This document shows, in pieces, positions 1 to 11,100 of a DNA stretch of 26,761 nt. Position 1 is the first letter of the stretch; the number at the start of each line of letters is the position of its first letter. Below the pieces are notes generated by a model. It saw only the letters and a list, made by a program, of their open reading frames with translations. It was not told the DNA's origin and searched no databases. This DNA comes from Gonapodya sp. JEL0774 (Eukaryota): contig JADIIX010000013.1 of NCBI GenBank assembly GCA_027604505.1, positions 248,001 through 274,761 on the forward strand, written 5' to 3'. The translations under genes and the position numbers were made by a program.

Positions 1-1535
1 GCTCGCAACTCTTGGGCGGCAGAGACAAAGGATTCGTAAGGCAGCGATGCGTTTGCACCCGTGAGACACGATTCAAAGAGAGCCATATCTGCCCGCGCAA
101 ACAGCGGAGGTGTTGCGTTCTTGGCGGCAATGAGAAGCCCACGTTCTCTGTGAGCTCTTTCGCGCTGGCGTTCTTGCTTGAGTTGCTTTTGTCTCTTCAC
201 CTCCGAACCCTTCTTTTCGATGATATCGATAAGAGGCTCCCAGCTTTTCTTCACAAATGGGTTGTTCCTTCTCCAATTCTCCAATGCCGCGAGTCGGGCT
301 TCCTCCCAAGTTCGACCCTTCACGCCATAATTATGCCATTGAGTTTGGAACCCGCGCGCTCCAATTCTAGTGGCGAACTTGTCCACACTGACTCGGCGGA
401 TATGCTCGTGCAACCGAGTTATTCCCGTTATGTCATTGTTGCGCACAAAGTCGGGCTCGGGGCCGTAGAGGCTTGGGAGCGGGAGTTTTGGGACAGCGAC
501 TTTTGGGACATCAGGATCGCGGAGGGAGAGAAGAGATTCCTCGTCAGGGAAGAGGTCGGCAGCAGTGAAGGAATCCTGGTGTGGAGAAACCGGGTTCCAA
601 GGACGGAGAACACGGTAAGCAATCAGTTCAATTCATTGCATAACTGCACACAGTGGGGGCGTTCCATGAAGCCCGCTGTCCCCAACAGTGCAACTCACGT
701 GAGGAATTTTACGCGATACCATTGTTCGTCCGAATTCCACGCGCATCTCCATGATCTTGACAAGCCTCGTCGCAGCCCTCCTCCTGCACGCTACGACAAA
801 GCCCCACTCTGTGGCCTCCTTATTTTCTATAAAGGCTCTCAACAAGTCCTCATCGGCTTGTCCATCGAGCCTGGACTTACGAGCTGCTGCGACCAGTTTC
901 CTCATGCGGGTTTCGTCTGCACGGATTTCATGGAGTACTTCGATGGAACCGTTGTGCAAGATGCATGCGCGGTAGCCCGATGCAGCATAATACAATCTAG
1001 TTGGAGCATCGGTGGAATGCATTTGGAAGCAGTGTTGACCGACAGATTGAGGAATTTTGAAGCGGGCGCAGAGTTGTTGAAGAGGCATGGCACCGATGGC
1101 GCGATTAGAGCGGCAGTTGGAGCACAGTTGTGGTGGGTACATGCGAAGTGGCACCGGATCGCGAGCACCAATGGCGTAGCCAGGGCAGACCGGTGGTTTA
1201 AGAAGGTCGGCAGGTATTATTGATCCGCAAGCGACACAGAGGTCTTCCGAACAAGCACGGTCGAGAACGGTAGTGGGAGAACGAGAGTGAGAAATTGTGT
1301 TAAGGAGGTATGCGGCGAGCGAAATCGGTATTTTGGCATTGAACGCTATCGCAGCAGAGGGCAGCACCCAAGGGAACACGGTGTCAACGAACGACTTTGT
1401 GGCTTGGCACGCGGAAGCGAGTTTAAATAGGGCAACTGTGTCGGCCTTCAGATGCTTTTTGAGAATTTGATAGAGGATGTCGTAGTTGAGTGTCAGGAAA
1501 TTGGCAACCTCTCCTTGCTCAACCGGGAGCGCCAT
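1..1535 (-). CDS. Hypothetical protein with an F-box-like N-terminus and a CxxC...CxxC putative zinc site. Exon 1 is 1535-699, the intron is 698-576, and exon 2 (575 to <1) runs off the window.
   Basis: ATG at 1535. The N-terminus FLTLNYDILYQILKKHL...LFKLASACQATKSFV resembles the F-box pattern. Cys pairs LCVACG and LCSNCR. A phase-0 GTGAGT donor at 698 and a CAG acceptor at 578-576 join to an open frame (DSFTAADLFPDEE...WEPLIDIIEKKGSEVKRQKQLKQERQRE...) that reaches the window edge. Confidence 0.7.
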
Positions 1536-2147
1536 GATGGAGTTTCAAGGGAGCAAAGCTAGGAATCAATCAAAGCGCAACACCAAGTTGCTTTTGAAGA
1601 GGTTGAAGAAGTTGGAGATTCTGTGGATGGGAGTGCACAAGAGCAGAACAGTTTGAGCAGGGGGAGACACTTGACCCGCGAGTAGAGCAGACAGGACATT
1701 CCAATGGCAAAACGATCAATAACAAGTGTAGCATGACTGCCAATGCTGCTGGGATCCGCTCTCGTCTGACTCGGTGTCAGCCCACCTGTCTTGCTCGTGT
1801 TTGGGATGACTGTCCGACACAATTAGTACCCAGGTTTTGTGACAAATACGTTGTGTAAATCAAGTGAGTTCCCTCACAAGAACGCAAACTATTCAAGCGG
1901 TGTACTTCTATCTCTGAAAGTAAACAGATTATTGAAAGCTAAATGTACATCGGCAGGGAAAACGGAGTCTGTCGCCGACTCCCAGTAGTTGACTTGCACA
2001 TAAACAGGTTCACGATTTGGTATCTCCCTGGAATTCGACTCACGCAAGAATTAATTGGCATGAAAGGATGCGCTATGGAGGATTGAATGGTGCAAGGAGG
2101 AATCTGTCGGTGACCACGATCCACCTCAATCGGCCATTTGATTTGAA

Positions 2148-5100
2148 ATGTCTGAAACACCTGGCTTCGCTCTTATTGCCGAGGGCAATCTGATTCGCTC
2201 ATCTGCCGTTGCAATCAACCCGCAATACGATGTCATCGCTGCCATTTCTGCTCAAAACAAGGACATTTTCATTGTGGAACTCTCAAAGTTCCAGAGACGA
2301 TGGGTGTCACCAATGTCTGGATCCGACCGTCACCCGACGTGTCTGACATGGAGATTTGATGGACGTGTACTGGCTGCCGGTTACTCCGACGGTTCGGTTG
2401 CTCTTTTGGACGCTGAAAATGGCGACGTTCTACACCAGCTTTCCACTGTGATATCGAAAGAGGACGCAGGACGCAACTCCTCCTCTGAATCTGCTTGTAT
2501 CTTGTCGCTGTCATGGATGAAAAAAGTGGGGTCAACACCTGTGGGTAGTCTTATGGTGGAGCATTTCTTTCCTTTCACGCAAAGCATGATCCAGGATTCA
2601 GTTTTGCGCCATTGTATACGTGAGCGTGGAAAGCACATGCTTCCACAATAAGTTTATTGCAGAGACATTCAGTGCTGTTGTTGGCGAACCAACTTCAGTA
2701 ACGCCGCAACTTCTAAACTGCTCAAATCTCACACACACCAACATTCTACTACCCTTTGGCAAATGTGATGATGTTTCTTCGCTGCGATGAGGTGGATGTT
2801 GCTGGGATGGATTTCACTGGTTGAAATTGCACAAAACTTGCACAAGTCCTACATGACTGTCAATCAGTTCCGAAGGTGAAACGAATCAGATAGGGAGGAA
2901 ACCTCGCCCCAGTCTCCTGCTTGAGCAATGACAGGCGTCTCGTGGTCGGTGTGACGATAGATAGGAGTGCCTTACTGATGCGATCCGGGATTACATGGAG
3001 TTCTCACCATGGTAGGACCGGCTTCCGGAACACTGACTGATGGATATCAGCCGTAAGCAAAGGTCAGAACGGTCAATCGAAAAAATATGGTCGCATGCCC
3101 GTGTACAGATCATCGTTCAAATTCCGACTTCTCAGCCGTCCCTGTCTCTCATCCTCAACTGATCATAGCCATACTTTCTCACTCCCCTCATGAACCCGCT
3201 GCCTACGTAACTTCTTACCAGCCCTCCGAACAAGCACTGCCTACTTATACCGATCTCCTTCCGCCACTCCGATCCTACCCTAAGCCAGGAACAAACGCAT
3301 CCGTTTCGACCCCCGCAAACGCCACCATTTCAGCATTCTTCCAATCTTCATTTCTGACACCGTCGTCGGAAAAGCCGGGCTCCGCGTCGGTTCTGTCTTC
3401 GGCATCCCCTTTGGCAAGGGGCAAAGACGAATCCATATCACTTTTGGTGATAGAGGATGAGGAGGGAGGGGTCCATCTGAGGTGGGTTTCATTGTCGACC
3501 ACGGTGGTTAGAAGATCACGATGGACTTGTACATTGGTGTTTAGCAACAATGATTGAAGGTTTTGCTGGACACTTTTGTGGTTTTCTCATGTGCTGGCGT
3601 TCACTGACTCATCTTGTCTGACACATCTCCATGCTCTCGCTCCAAATTCCCTGCCACGGGGACGCCATAATCACAATCCGAATAGCGTTGACGGTGTATT
3701 TTACCTCGGCCGCGTAGCACTGCCTGCCGAGCTTAGGGACCAACCGATCGACGAGGTGAGTAAGGGTCGTCGGACGTTGAATCTCACACAACCATGTGTG
3801 ACTCATGTGCAATGAACCAACCACATCTTTGACAGCCAGACCCCACCGTTCCTTCACTTCACCTGTCCTTGTGTTCTCCGGATATAACTCCACTAAGATC
3901 TCCATCCCTCCACGGAGCTCACTTCTCTGCCGACCTTTCTCGTCTCCACCTAGTCCTTTCCGCCACAGTAATTGACGCCTCGATTCCTTTTTCATCCATT
4001 TCATCCTCTTTCCCAACTTCGAGTACCCGTCCGCGCCTCGTTCACCTCGCCACATTCCCTTCTCCGCACCTTTCTCGCAACCCTCGCCTATTGTCGCGAC
4101 TTACCGTGGCATACGTATCTTTTCGGAGAATTGGGGAGTATCTGGCCGAAGGAATGAAAGCGATAGAGAAGGAGTATACTATCACTAAGGCTATGATGGG
4201 GAGGTGGCGGAACAGACTGGCAGAAAAGTTGGGCGCTAGTGGGGGTGAGTTAAGCACGGGTGGTTTGTATCATGCTACTGTCCCTCCTGACCCTGCAAAT
4301 TGGCCAGACCCGACTGACGGCCCAACATCGCTTCTGCTCTTTCTTGGTGCCGGGATGTGCTCGAGCGCTGTAGAAGACTGGCTTGTGGGGGAAATTGGCA
4401 GTGACGTGAGTCCATATACTGTCGGTTTGACAGAACTCCTCGTCAACTGAATGCATATCCTAAAAAACTACTCATTAGGGCCTCCGCGCCTGGGAGAAAA
4501 CCTTGGATACAGCACTTGGTCTCATTGGGACCATCTGTCTTGATCACCTTGTACCAGCTGTCGAGCGCGTCATAGCTACCATGGCGGACCTTGTAGGAGT
4601 GGCAGAGTGGTGAGTGCGTTCAACGACGGGGAGAATGTCCCGCCTACAATGCGCCGAATGGCAGTGGAAGATCGAACAACCAATTCGGGCTCTCACTGAC
4701 TGCGACCGGTCTCTTTCACCAATCCAAACTCCCATCTTCATAAGTGCACCAACGTACGATCCCCCTTTGGCTATGGACGCAACTAGAGCTCGATCCTGTG
4801 CCCGGACGGCGTCACAATTAGCTGGGAGACTGACAATGCTGGCGAGGGAAGCGGACGAAGTGCGAAAAGGTTTGACGGAGTTTGCAAAGTGGTGCAAATG
4901 GGGTGGGTGCCTCTGTCAAGAAGGAGGTTCTTTAACGCATCGACTCTCTTGAAAAGATGTCTCGGACGGTGTTCCTATTTTATTTGCTAAATCTAGCGAT
5001 CGTTCTGTGCCAAAACGTCGACACTACTGAAGCACCTCCGAACAATTGCGACCACCGGATCGTCGACCAATTCATCTCAGGCCCTTTTGCTTCCGACTAC

Positions 5101-6230
5101 CTGGCTCCATACTTTAAACTTACGACTGCCACTGTTACTGCACCGTCACTGCTGTTCCCGCACCTCCCCTCTGTTAAGAACGCCTGGGACCTGGATCCGC
5201 TCGGTTCGACAGATACGATTCGAATGCTTTATGAGCGAACAATGACAGATTGCGAGCATTTATTTCGACAGCCGGCAGTGGAGGTGATCAAAGCAATGGG
5301 AGTAGGTCGGTGCGTGGTAGCTGATGAGATGGAGGAGGGAGCCACAGAGGTGAAAGCAGTAATTCATGGAGAGACAGAGGTGGTGAGTACGTGTTTAAGA
5401 TTGCAAAGAGATGATTTGTCAGGCTAATTTGACTGAAAGATTGTGGAAGGTTATGTCGGATACACGTACTTCATCTTGTTTGGAGGGCACAGCGAGATTG
5501 GAATGGAGAGCCTGAGTATGTGACAATGCATATTTGGTCCATCCTTATTCTCAGTTACTTTGCCCCGTTCGTTAGCTCTCAAAATCACCAGACTATTCTC
5601 CGACGAGCTGACCCCAACAGACGCCAACACCTCCCAGAACGCCCCTCTCGAATTCGCGAGTCTTGACCTCCTCCCTGCACTTCGGGCATCCTTTCCCGAC
5701 ATATCTACTGCTGACACGTCACTCAGAGTGCTTGCCGTATCAGGGGTCACTGATTCACAGATCGCAGTGGTTGTCGAAGTTGCCCAACCAGTTCGCGTTT
5801 CGGGGATATTGCTTTTCCTGGATATTGGCCCCCTTACGTATGTAGAAGTGAATCGACTGTGCGGAACAGCAGCTAAAGGTTTTCCGGTGAGTTAGTTTAA
5901 CACAATAGGAACATCTCAAGATGATGACCTCACATTCAACAGACAGTTCAGTCGCAAAATTCTGTATTTAAGAATGCGAGATTCCTTCCAATCATTACAC
6001 CGCCTGTCCGCCTCCTTACCCGGATTCAGCGAACGCCGCCAGCAGATAGAATACTCGTCGTCGTTTCGAGTCTTGACGGTCGGACCCTACACATGGAAGC
6101 GTTGGACGGGGTAAATGGCGATATTGAGGATGGGATGGCGGGAGCGGATGATGAAGGTCGAGAAAGGATGGTGGAGTCAGCAGACGACGATCCCGATGTC
6201 TCCGGGTTGGCAGACGATTTTGATAATTAG
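2148..6230 (+). CDS. APC4: Anaphase-promoting complex subunit 4 (multi-exon, roughly 10-12 exons; some boundaries uncertain)
   Basis: Exon 1 has the ANAPC4 WD40 signature (CLTWRFDGRVLAAGYSDGSVALLDAENGDVLH). Spliced LLVIEDEEGGVHLS|VDGVFYLG, then AHFSADLSRLHLV. The helical-domain segment GLRAWEKTLDTALGLIGTICLDHLVPAVERVIATMADLVGVAEW (4479-4609) matches Apc4. An acidic C-terminus ends at TAG 6228-6230. Canonical splice sites at e.g. 3482, 3756, 3835, 4406, 4478, 4610. Confidence 0.88.
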
Positions 6231-6385
6231 TTACAGAAAGGGTTTTGACTGTTCTTTCATTAGCCCAAGGTCAATTCTATCTCAGACTGTTCGAATGTCA
6301 TGAGAGTTTTGAATCAACTCCGTTTGCAACAAAAAAAAAAGAAAATTGATACATGGAAGGGTCTCTTCCTTGCATTGCCCAACCC

Positions 6386-7804
6386 CTATTCAATCACACG
6401 GATAACACCAGCTGTCGCAAGAATCCATGCGCAGCCCCATACAACACCGTCCCACCCCGGAGGTAATGCGAGCTTGAATGTGGACTTCAAGACATCACCC
6501 AGCGAGGAAGATCCAACCGTGGAGGGGGAAACAGGGATCATAAAAAGGACTTTAGAAAAGATCGAAGAAAAGAGGTACGCTGTAAGAGGTCTCCTTGTGA
6601 GCTCCGCGACCACAGGAGGTGGTCGGCGGATATTCAACCTTTTTGCAAGGACATCGAGGCTTTCGACCAACGACCAAGATGCCGCGGCGGTAGCTAGTGC
6701 ATATGGGGGAGTCCAGAGAACCTTAGAAAACGGAATGCCTAGGGCGCGATGGGTGAGGAAAGATGTCACTAGGAGAACAGCGGCTGGAGTATATCGTTCG
6801 ACCAATGAGGGAAGGCGGGAGGTTGAGTCAGGGCGAGATGCGAGTCGTTCACCGCAAAGAACACCGAGCCAGCCGGAAACGAAGGCAGGAAATGTAGAAA
6901 GAACGCCTTCTGGGTCCAGGCCAGAGTTTCGGTATGTGTGCGAGCAACCGAGGATAACAGAGTCGATAACATAAGCTGCCGTGTGTGTTGATTGAGCAAG
7001 CCGAGATGGGTCAAGAATGTGAGACGGGGAAGGAGTGGGGACGTTGGGCAGGGGGAGTTTGTAAGTGACGAAAGTCCAAGCGAGGAGCATAGTGATTGGG
7101 CGGAAGAGGGCTCGATGAAGGAGGGTGAAGATGGAAGATCTTGTTTCCACTTCACTCGCTGTCTCTTCTTGTGAGTTGTGTGGAACTTTCACTCCGCCAA
7201 GAACGCTTAAACCGTCCTCGTAAATGCCATCGCGGCCAAGATACCACGCCGCACACACTAAACTAACCAGGGCGTGTCTCTGAAGGACACCCATTATTCG
7301 CCAATCGCTCAATGTGTGTCCGAAGCTCCAAGAATACGAAGGGTTGAAAGCGACGAGACCCAGTAAAAAGAAAGAGGCAGACCGAGGCACGAATTTGGTC
7401 ACAAAGAGATTCGAAGGGCGGCTGCTGATTGGCGCGGTTTCATTAGCACGAAGCGATTGTCGGAAAGCGATAGCGTGTCGGCGAAGCGATAGAGGGATTG
7501 AAAGGCCCGACAGAAAGAGGAAGTTTGGAAAAACAAAATCTGCAGACGACAGGCCGAGAAACGGAGGGCTGATGTAAAGAACGGGATTGGATATGAGGGC
7601 AAGGTCCTCAAACAGTCTCCCCTCCATCATTCAAACATTCGCGCACCGTACTCACTGCAGAAGTTGCGAGAATGTGCCGGCATCCTTGAATTGCAGATTT
7701 ACCAAAATCATCCCTGCAACTGTAATCCCTCTGGAGACATCCACAGCCCAAAACCGGCCTTCGTGAGTCCGATCATTAGATTGCGAATCCATTTTCGTAG
7801 CCAT
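6386..7804 (-). CDS. Heparan-alpha-glucosaminide N-acetyltransferase (HGSNAT)/NagX-like polytopic membrane acyltransferase. Exon 1 is 7804-7656, exon 2 is 7568-6386.
   Basis: Exon 1 reads MATKMD...RFWAVDVSRGITVAGMILVN, the family motif RxxxxDxxRGxxxxxMIxVN. A phase-2 intron (GTGAGT at 7655, CAG at 7571-7569) splits the conserved His, giving LLH|PPFLGLSSADFVFPNFLF. Further motifs are RIMGVLQR, DPEGVLSTFPA and PFSKVLWTPPY. Confidence 0.88.
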
Positions 7805-8113
7805 TGCTGCGTGAGTTGGAGTCACGAGAGGATCCGAAAACGGTCAGTCATGGACAATGAGTTTGTGGCCCAGGAGATTGGATTCGTGGAGCGAATCACA
7901 CAAACACTCGAAAATTTGAATGTCCTGGTGATTCGGGCTTCAAGGAAATCATGATTGATTGCACATGTAACGGGCGATAACGTGCTTGCATTGCGAGTGC
8001 TTCTGGTTATTGGAATTGCGTGATCTGCGATCGTGATCCGGATTTGAACGGGAACACGGGAAGCGGCGAGGGTGAGAGCGTCTTGGAGAGAAGGTCGATC
8101 TAAGTCTCTTCAC

Positions 8114-11100
8114 ATGTCACAAGGTCCTATCCAGAGGTGAGAGTGGTCTCGGAACGGTTTGACACTGATGGTGGACTTAGACATTGTCGTCGAAAATACT
8201 TCCTGTAATCAATTCAACAATTTAAGCCTATGGCCTCTTCTCAACCCCGTCGCGGTTTCCGTTCATCTTGCCGCTTTTTCTTCTGGAATGCTGGTGCATC
8301 CAGGAGGGCTGTCAGGCAGTGTCGCCATCCCAAGCAAGGTTACCAAAGGAGTTCGTCAGAGGAAGGTGCGTCACAACATTGCCATGCAGCTAGCGTAGTG
8401 AGATTACGGTGGAGTGGTCATTTAGTTCGCTGTTACGAGGGCACAATCAATCGGAATGCACACACTCCTCGCATTCTTTGCTGAGACACAATGGAGTCAC
8501 TGACCCTCGTGTGCTGGACCTGCAGACACCGGCAATCGCAATAGACCCCGTCCGGCCCCTCCCGTCCGTACTATACCCGCCAGCCAACGCTTCCCCCGGT
8601 CTCCACACCCCTACCGCTGCCATAAACCTATCTGAGTGGCTGATTCACTTTCGCCAAACTGCCTTCCTTATCTCTCACTTCCGCATCTCTCCCGGCCCTT
8701 CTCGTGGTGCTCCACAACTCCGTTCTTTCATCGCTCGGTGTGCCCATTTGTCTCGACTAGGGCTACGGGCCGCGTTTGTCGCAGACAGAGCCAGAGCACC
8801 ACCGTTTGTTGGGTTTGGACCACGGGGGCGAAGACTAGAAAGACGAGAGTGGAACGATGACATGGACGCAGCGTGCGAGGTAGCAAAGGCATTTGGATTT
8901 CCGGTACTCGAGGTGGGCATGACGGCGAACGGCAGCTTCGGACCGTCTTGGACAGAAGAAAATGATGCCACTACCTCCGCTAATGACTATCTAGCCGTCG
9001 AGTCAGATGCATCACCACGGACACAAGTGTCCCTGGCTGATCTCGCGTTACCACACCTCGGACTGCCTTTAGCCATCACGGATTCCCCCTTTCCCCTTTT
9101 GCTTGGCGTGCCGTGCGTAGCGCGCAACACCCCACGGGTAGCAACAGTCTCCTCGGCGGCCGAGGGAGCTACCCCCACAATGTCCGCCGCACCCCCTTCC
9201 TCCTCGTTCCTATCGCGCACTCAGTCCCGAGCATCTATTCACTCTCTCGAGCTAATCCAGTCCATCCTCGGCCTCGATCGCCCATCGCTGATCCTCTACC
9301 ATCACCTGACGGCTGGCACAGACGCGCTTGCTCCTCTTGGTGGTGCAGGTCATGTAATTGCTCTCGGTCTCGCAAAGTCTGGGTTCGGCACATCACTTGC
9401 TCGTATTGTGGAGAGTGCGAAGATGGGTGAGGATGGAGTTGACCAGCTGGCTTTGGACAGATGGCGTGATGACCTGGCTGCGGAACTTGCATCCAATTCG
9501 CTCGGCTTGCTACCGCGTCGCGCACCATCTCTCGCGTCCTCTCTGCCACCATACTTTCCCAACCTCCACGCCTTCGCCCAGTCTCTTTACCCCTCACTCC
9601 CCCCCGGCCTTACGCAAACCTCTATCTCTTCCACCCGCGCTTTACTCGAACCCGACTTGTGGTGGGGGCGGGATCCAGATTCACTAATCGACTCGGCAAA
9701 CTTAATTCGATTGTGTGGGGCAAGAGCTGGATGGTCGAGAGCAAAGGTGCAACTGGAACTCGAGAAAGCGGGTGCGTGGGAGGGAAGGGAACTCTTTCGG
9801 GCGAGAGCAACAGCCCATGCTGTGACCTCAAGTGGGCTCAAAATAGGACTCAAAGGTGCCCCCAAAGAGGTAGAGGACCACATGGGCAAATGGAACTTTC
9901 TGCGAAGACAGACGATCGGTGGATTCGAAGGAGTTGTGGTGGAAGTCCGTGAGAACGTTGGTGACTTTCTTCGGCCCACGAGAGCGAAGGATAGAGATCA
10001 TACGAATAAGAGAACGAAGGAGGGTCAGGATGGTGTTGACGATAATGCTGGGCCGAGGGCTTCGCTCAGAATCGAGAAAGAAATCGCACAGGTCGCGATG
10101 CCGGAGGTCCTGGCGCGGTTTGAGGTTAAGACTACACGCGTTAGAACGACAATTTTGAGTAGTGCAGATGCCGAGGAGAAGGATACAGTACCAAAGAGAA
10201 CCCGCAAAAAACGAACAGTCGAACTCGAGGCATCCGAGGTTCCTGTGGTGCAAGAGAGTTCGACGGTCAAGAAGCCGCGCGCTCGGAGGATCAAGTCTGT
10301 GGAAGTAGATTCTATGGAAACACCTTTACCCGAGTTGCCGAAGACTGTCAAGAAGCCGCGCGCTCGGAGGATCAAGTCTGTGGAAGTAGATTCTATGGAA
10401 ACACTTTCATCCGAGATGCCGAAGGCTGTCAAGATGCCGCGCGCTCGGAGAATCAAGTCTGTGGAGGAAGGTTCGAAGGAAACACCTTTACCCGAGTTAC
10501 CGAAGACTGTCAAGAAGCCGCGCGCTCCCAGAATCAAGTCCGTGGAAGAAAGTTCGATGGAAACACCTTTACCCGAGTTGCTGAAGAAGAGAGAGAGGCG
10601 AAAGCTCTCAGAGGAAGTGCAGGAAGACGAATTGTCAGAATTGCAACATAGTGCCCGACCGAAGAGCTCACGGAAGAGGCGAAATTTTGCATCAGTCGTG
10701 GACTATGAAGCGAACGTCCCAAATGCGAATCAGGAATCTTCTGCAGAAGAGGTGCAACAACCGTCTGTAATCACCATCTCTCGAGAAAGGGATTTCGGAG
10801 GCGGGATTGCGGAGAAGATTCTCATGAACACGAGCGCACTCGAGGAGGAATCATCGGCGCCAAAATCGAAGCGCTCCCGACGGAAAGCAGTCTCAGTACA
10901 TGATGATGTCGAGCTTCTGTTGAAACCGGAAACGGCTGAAATCAAAGAGCGGCAATCGCGATTCGGGGGGGCACGCAGGAAAACTCTTCTTGAGGATGTG
11001 GAGGAACCGGATAACGTTTTCTCAACCGAATCAGACACACAAGGGTCGAAATCGAAACGTGGAAAGATTGTGAAACTTGAAACGGTTGAAACCAAGGAGC

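Noticed and set aside
12..1223. 403-aa plus-strand ORF
   Set aside because: It is an in-register antisense shadow of the spliced minus-strand gene, with a TTG start and no recognisable motifs.
3005..3016. ACCATGGTAGG, complementary to a conserved 18S rRNA segment as recalled from memory, as a snoRNA guide
   Set aside because: It is only ~11 nt, partly palindromic and not adjacent to a D/D' box, so it is compatible with chance.
6300..6974. 224-aa plus-strand ORF
   Set aside because: It is antisense to the well-supported HGSNAT-like CDS.
10025..10537. Repetitive 170-aa minus-strand ORF, and the 81-nt repeats as a possible CRISPR-like array
   Set aside because: It is the antisense of the coding tandem repeat. 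The units are contiguous with no unique spacers, and the context is eukaryotic with no cas genes.
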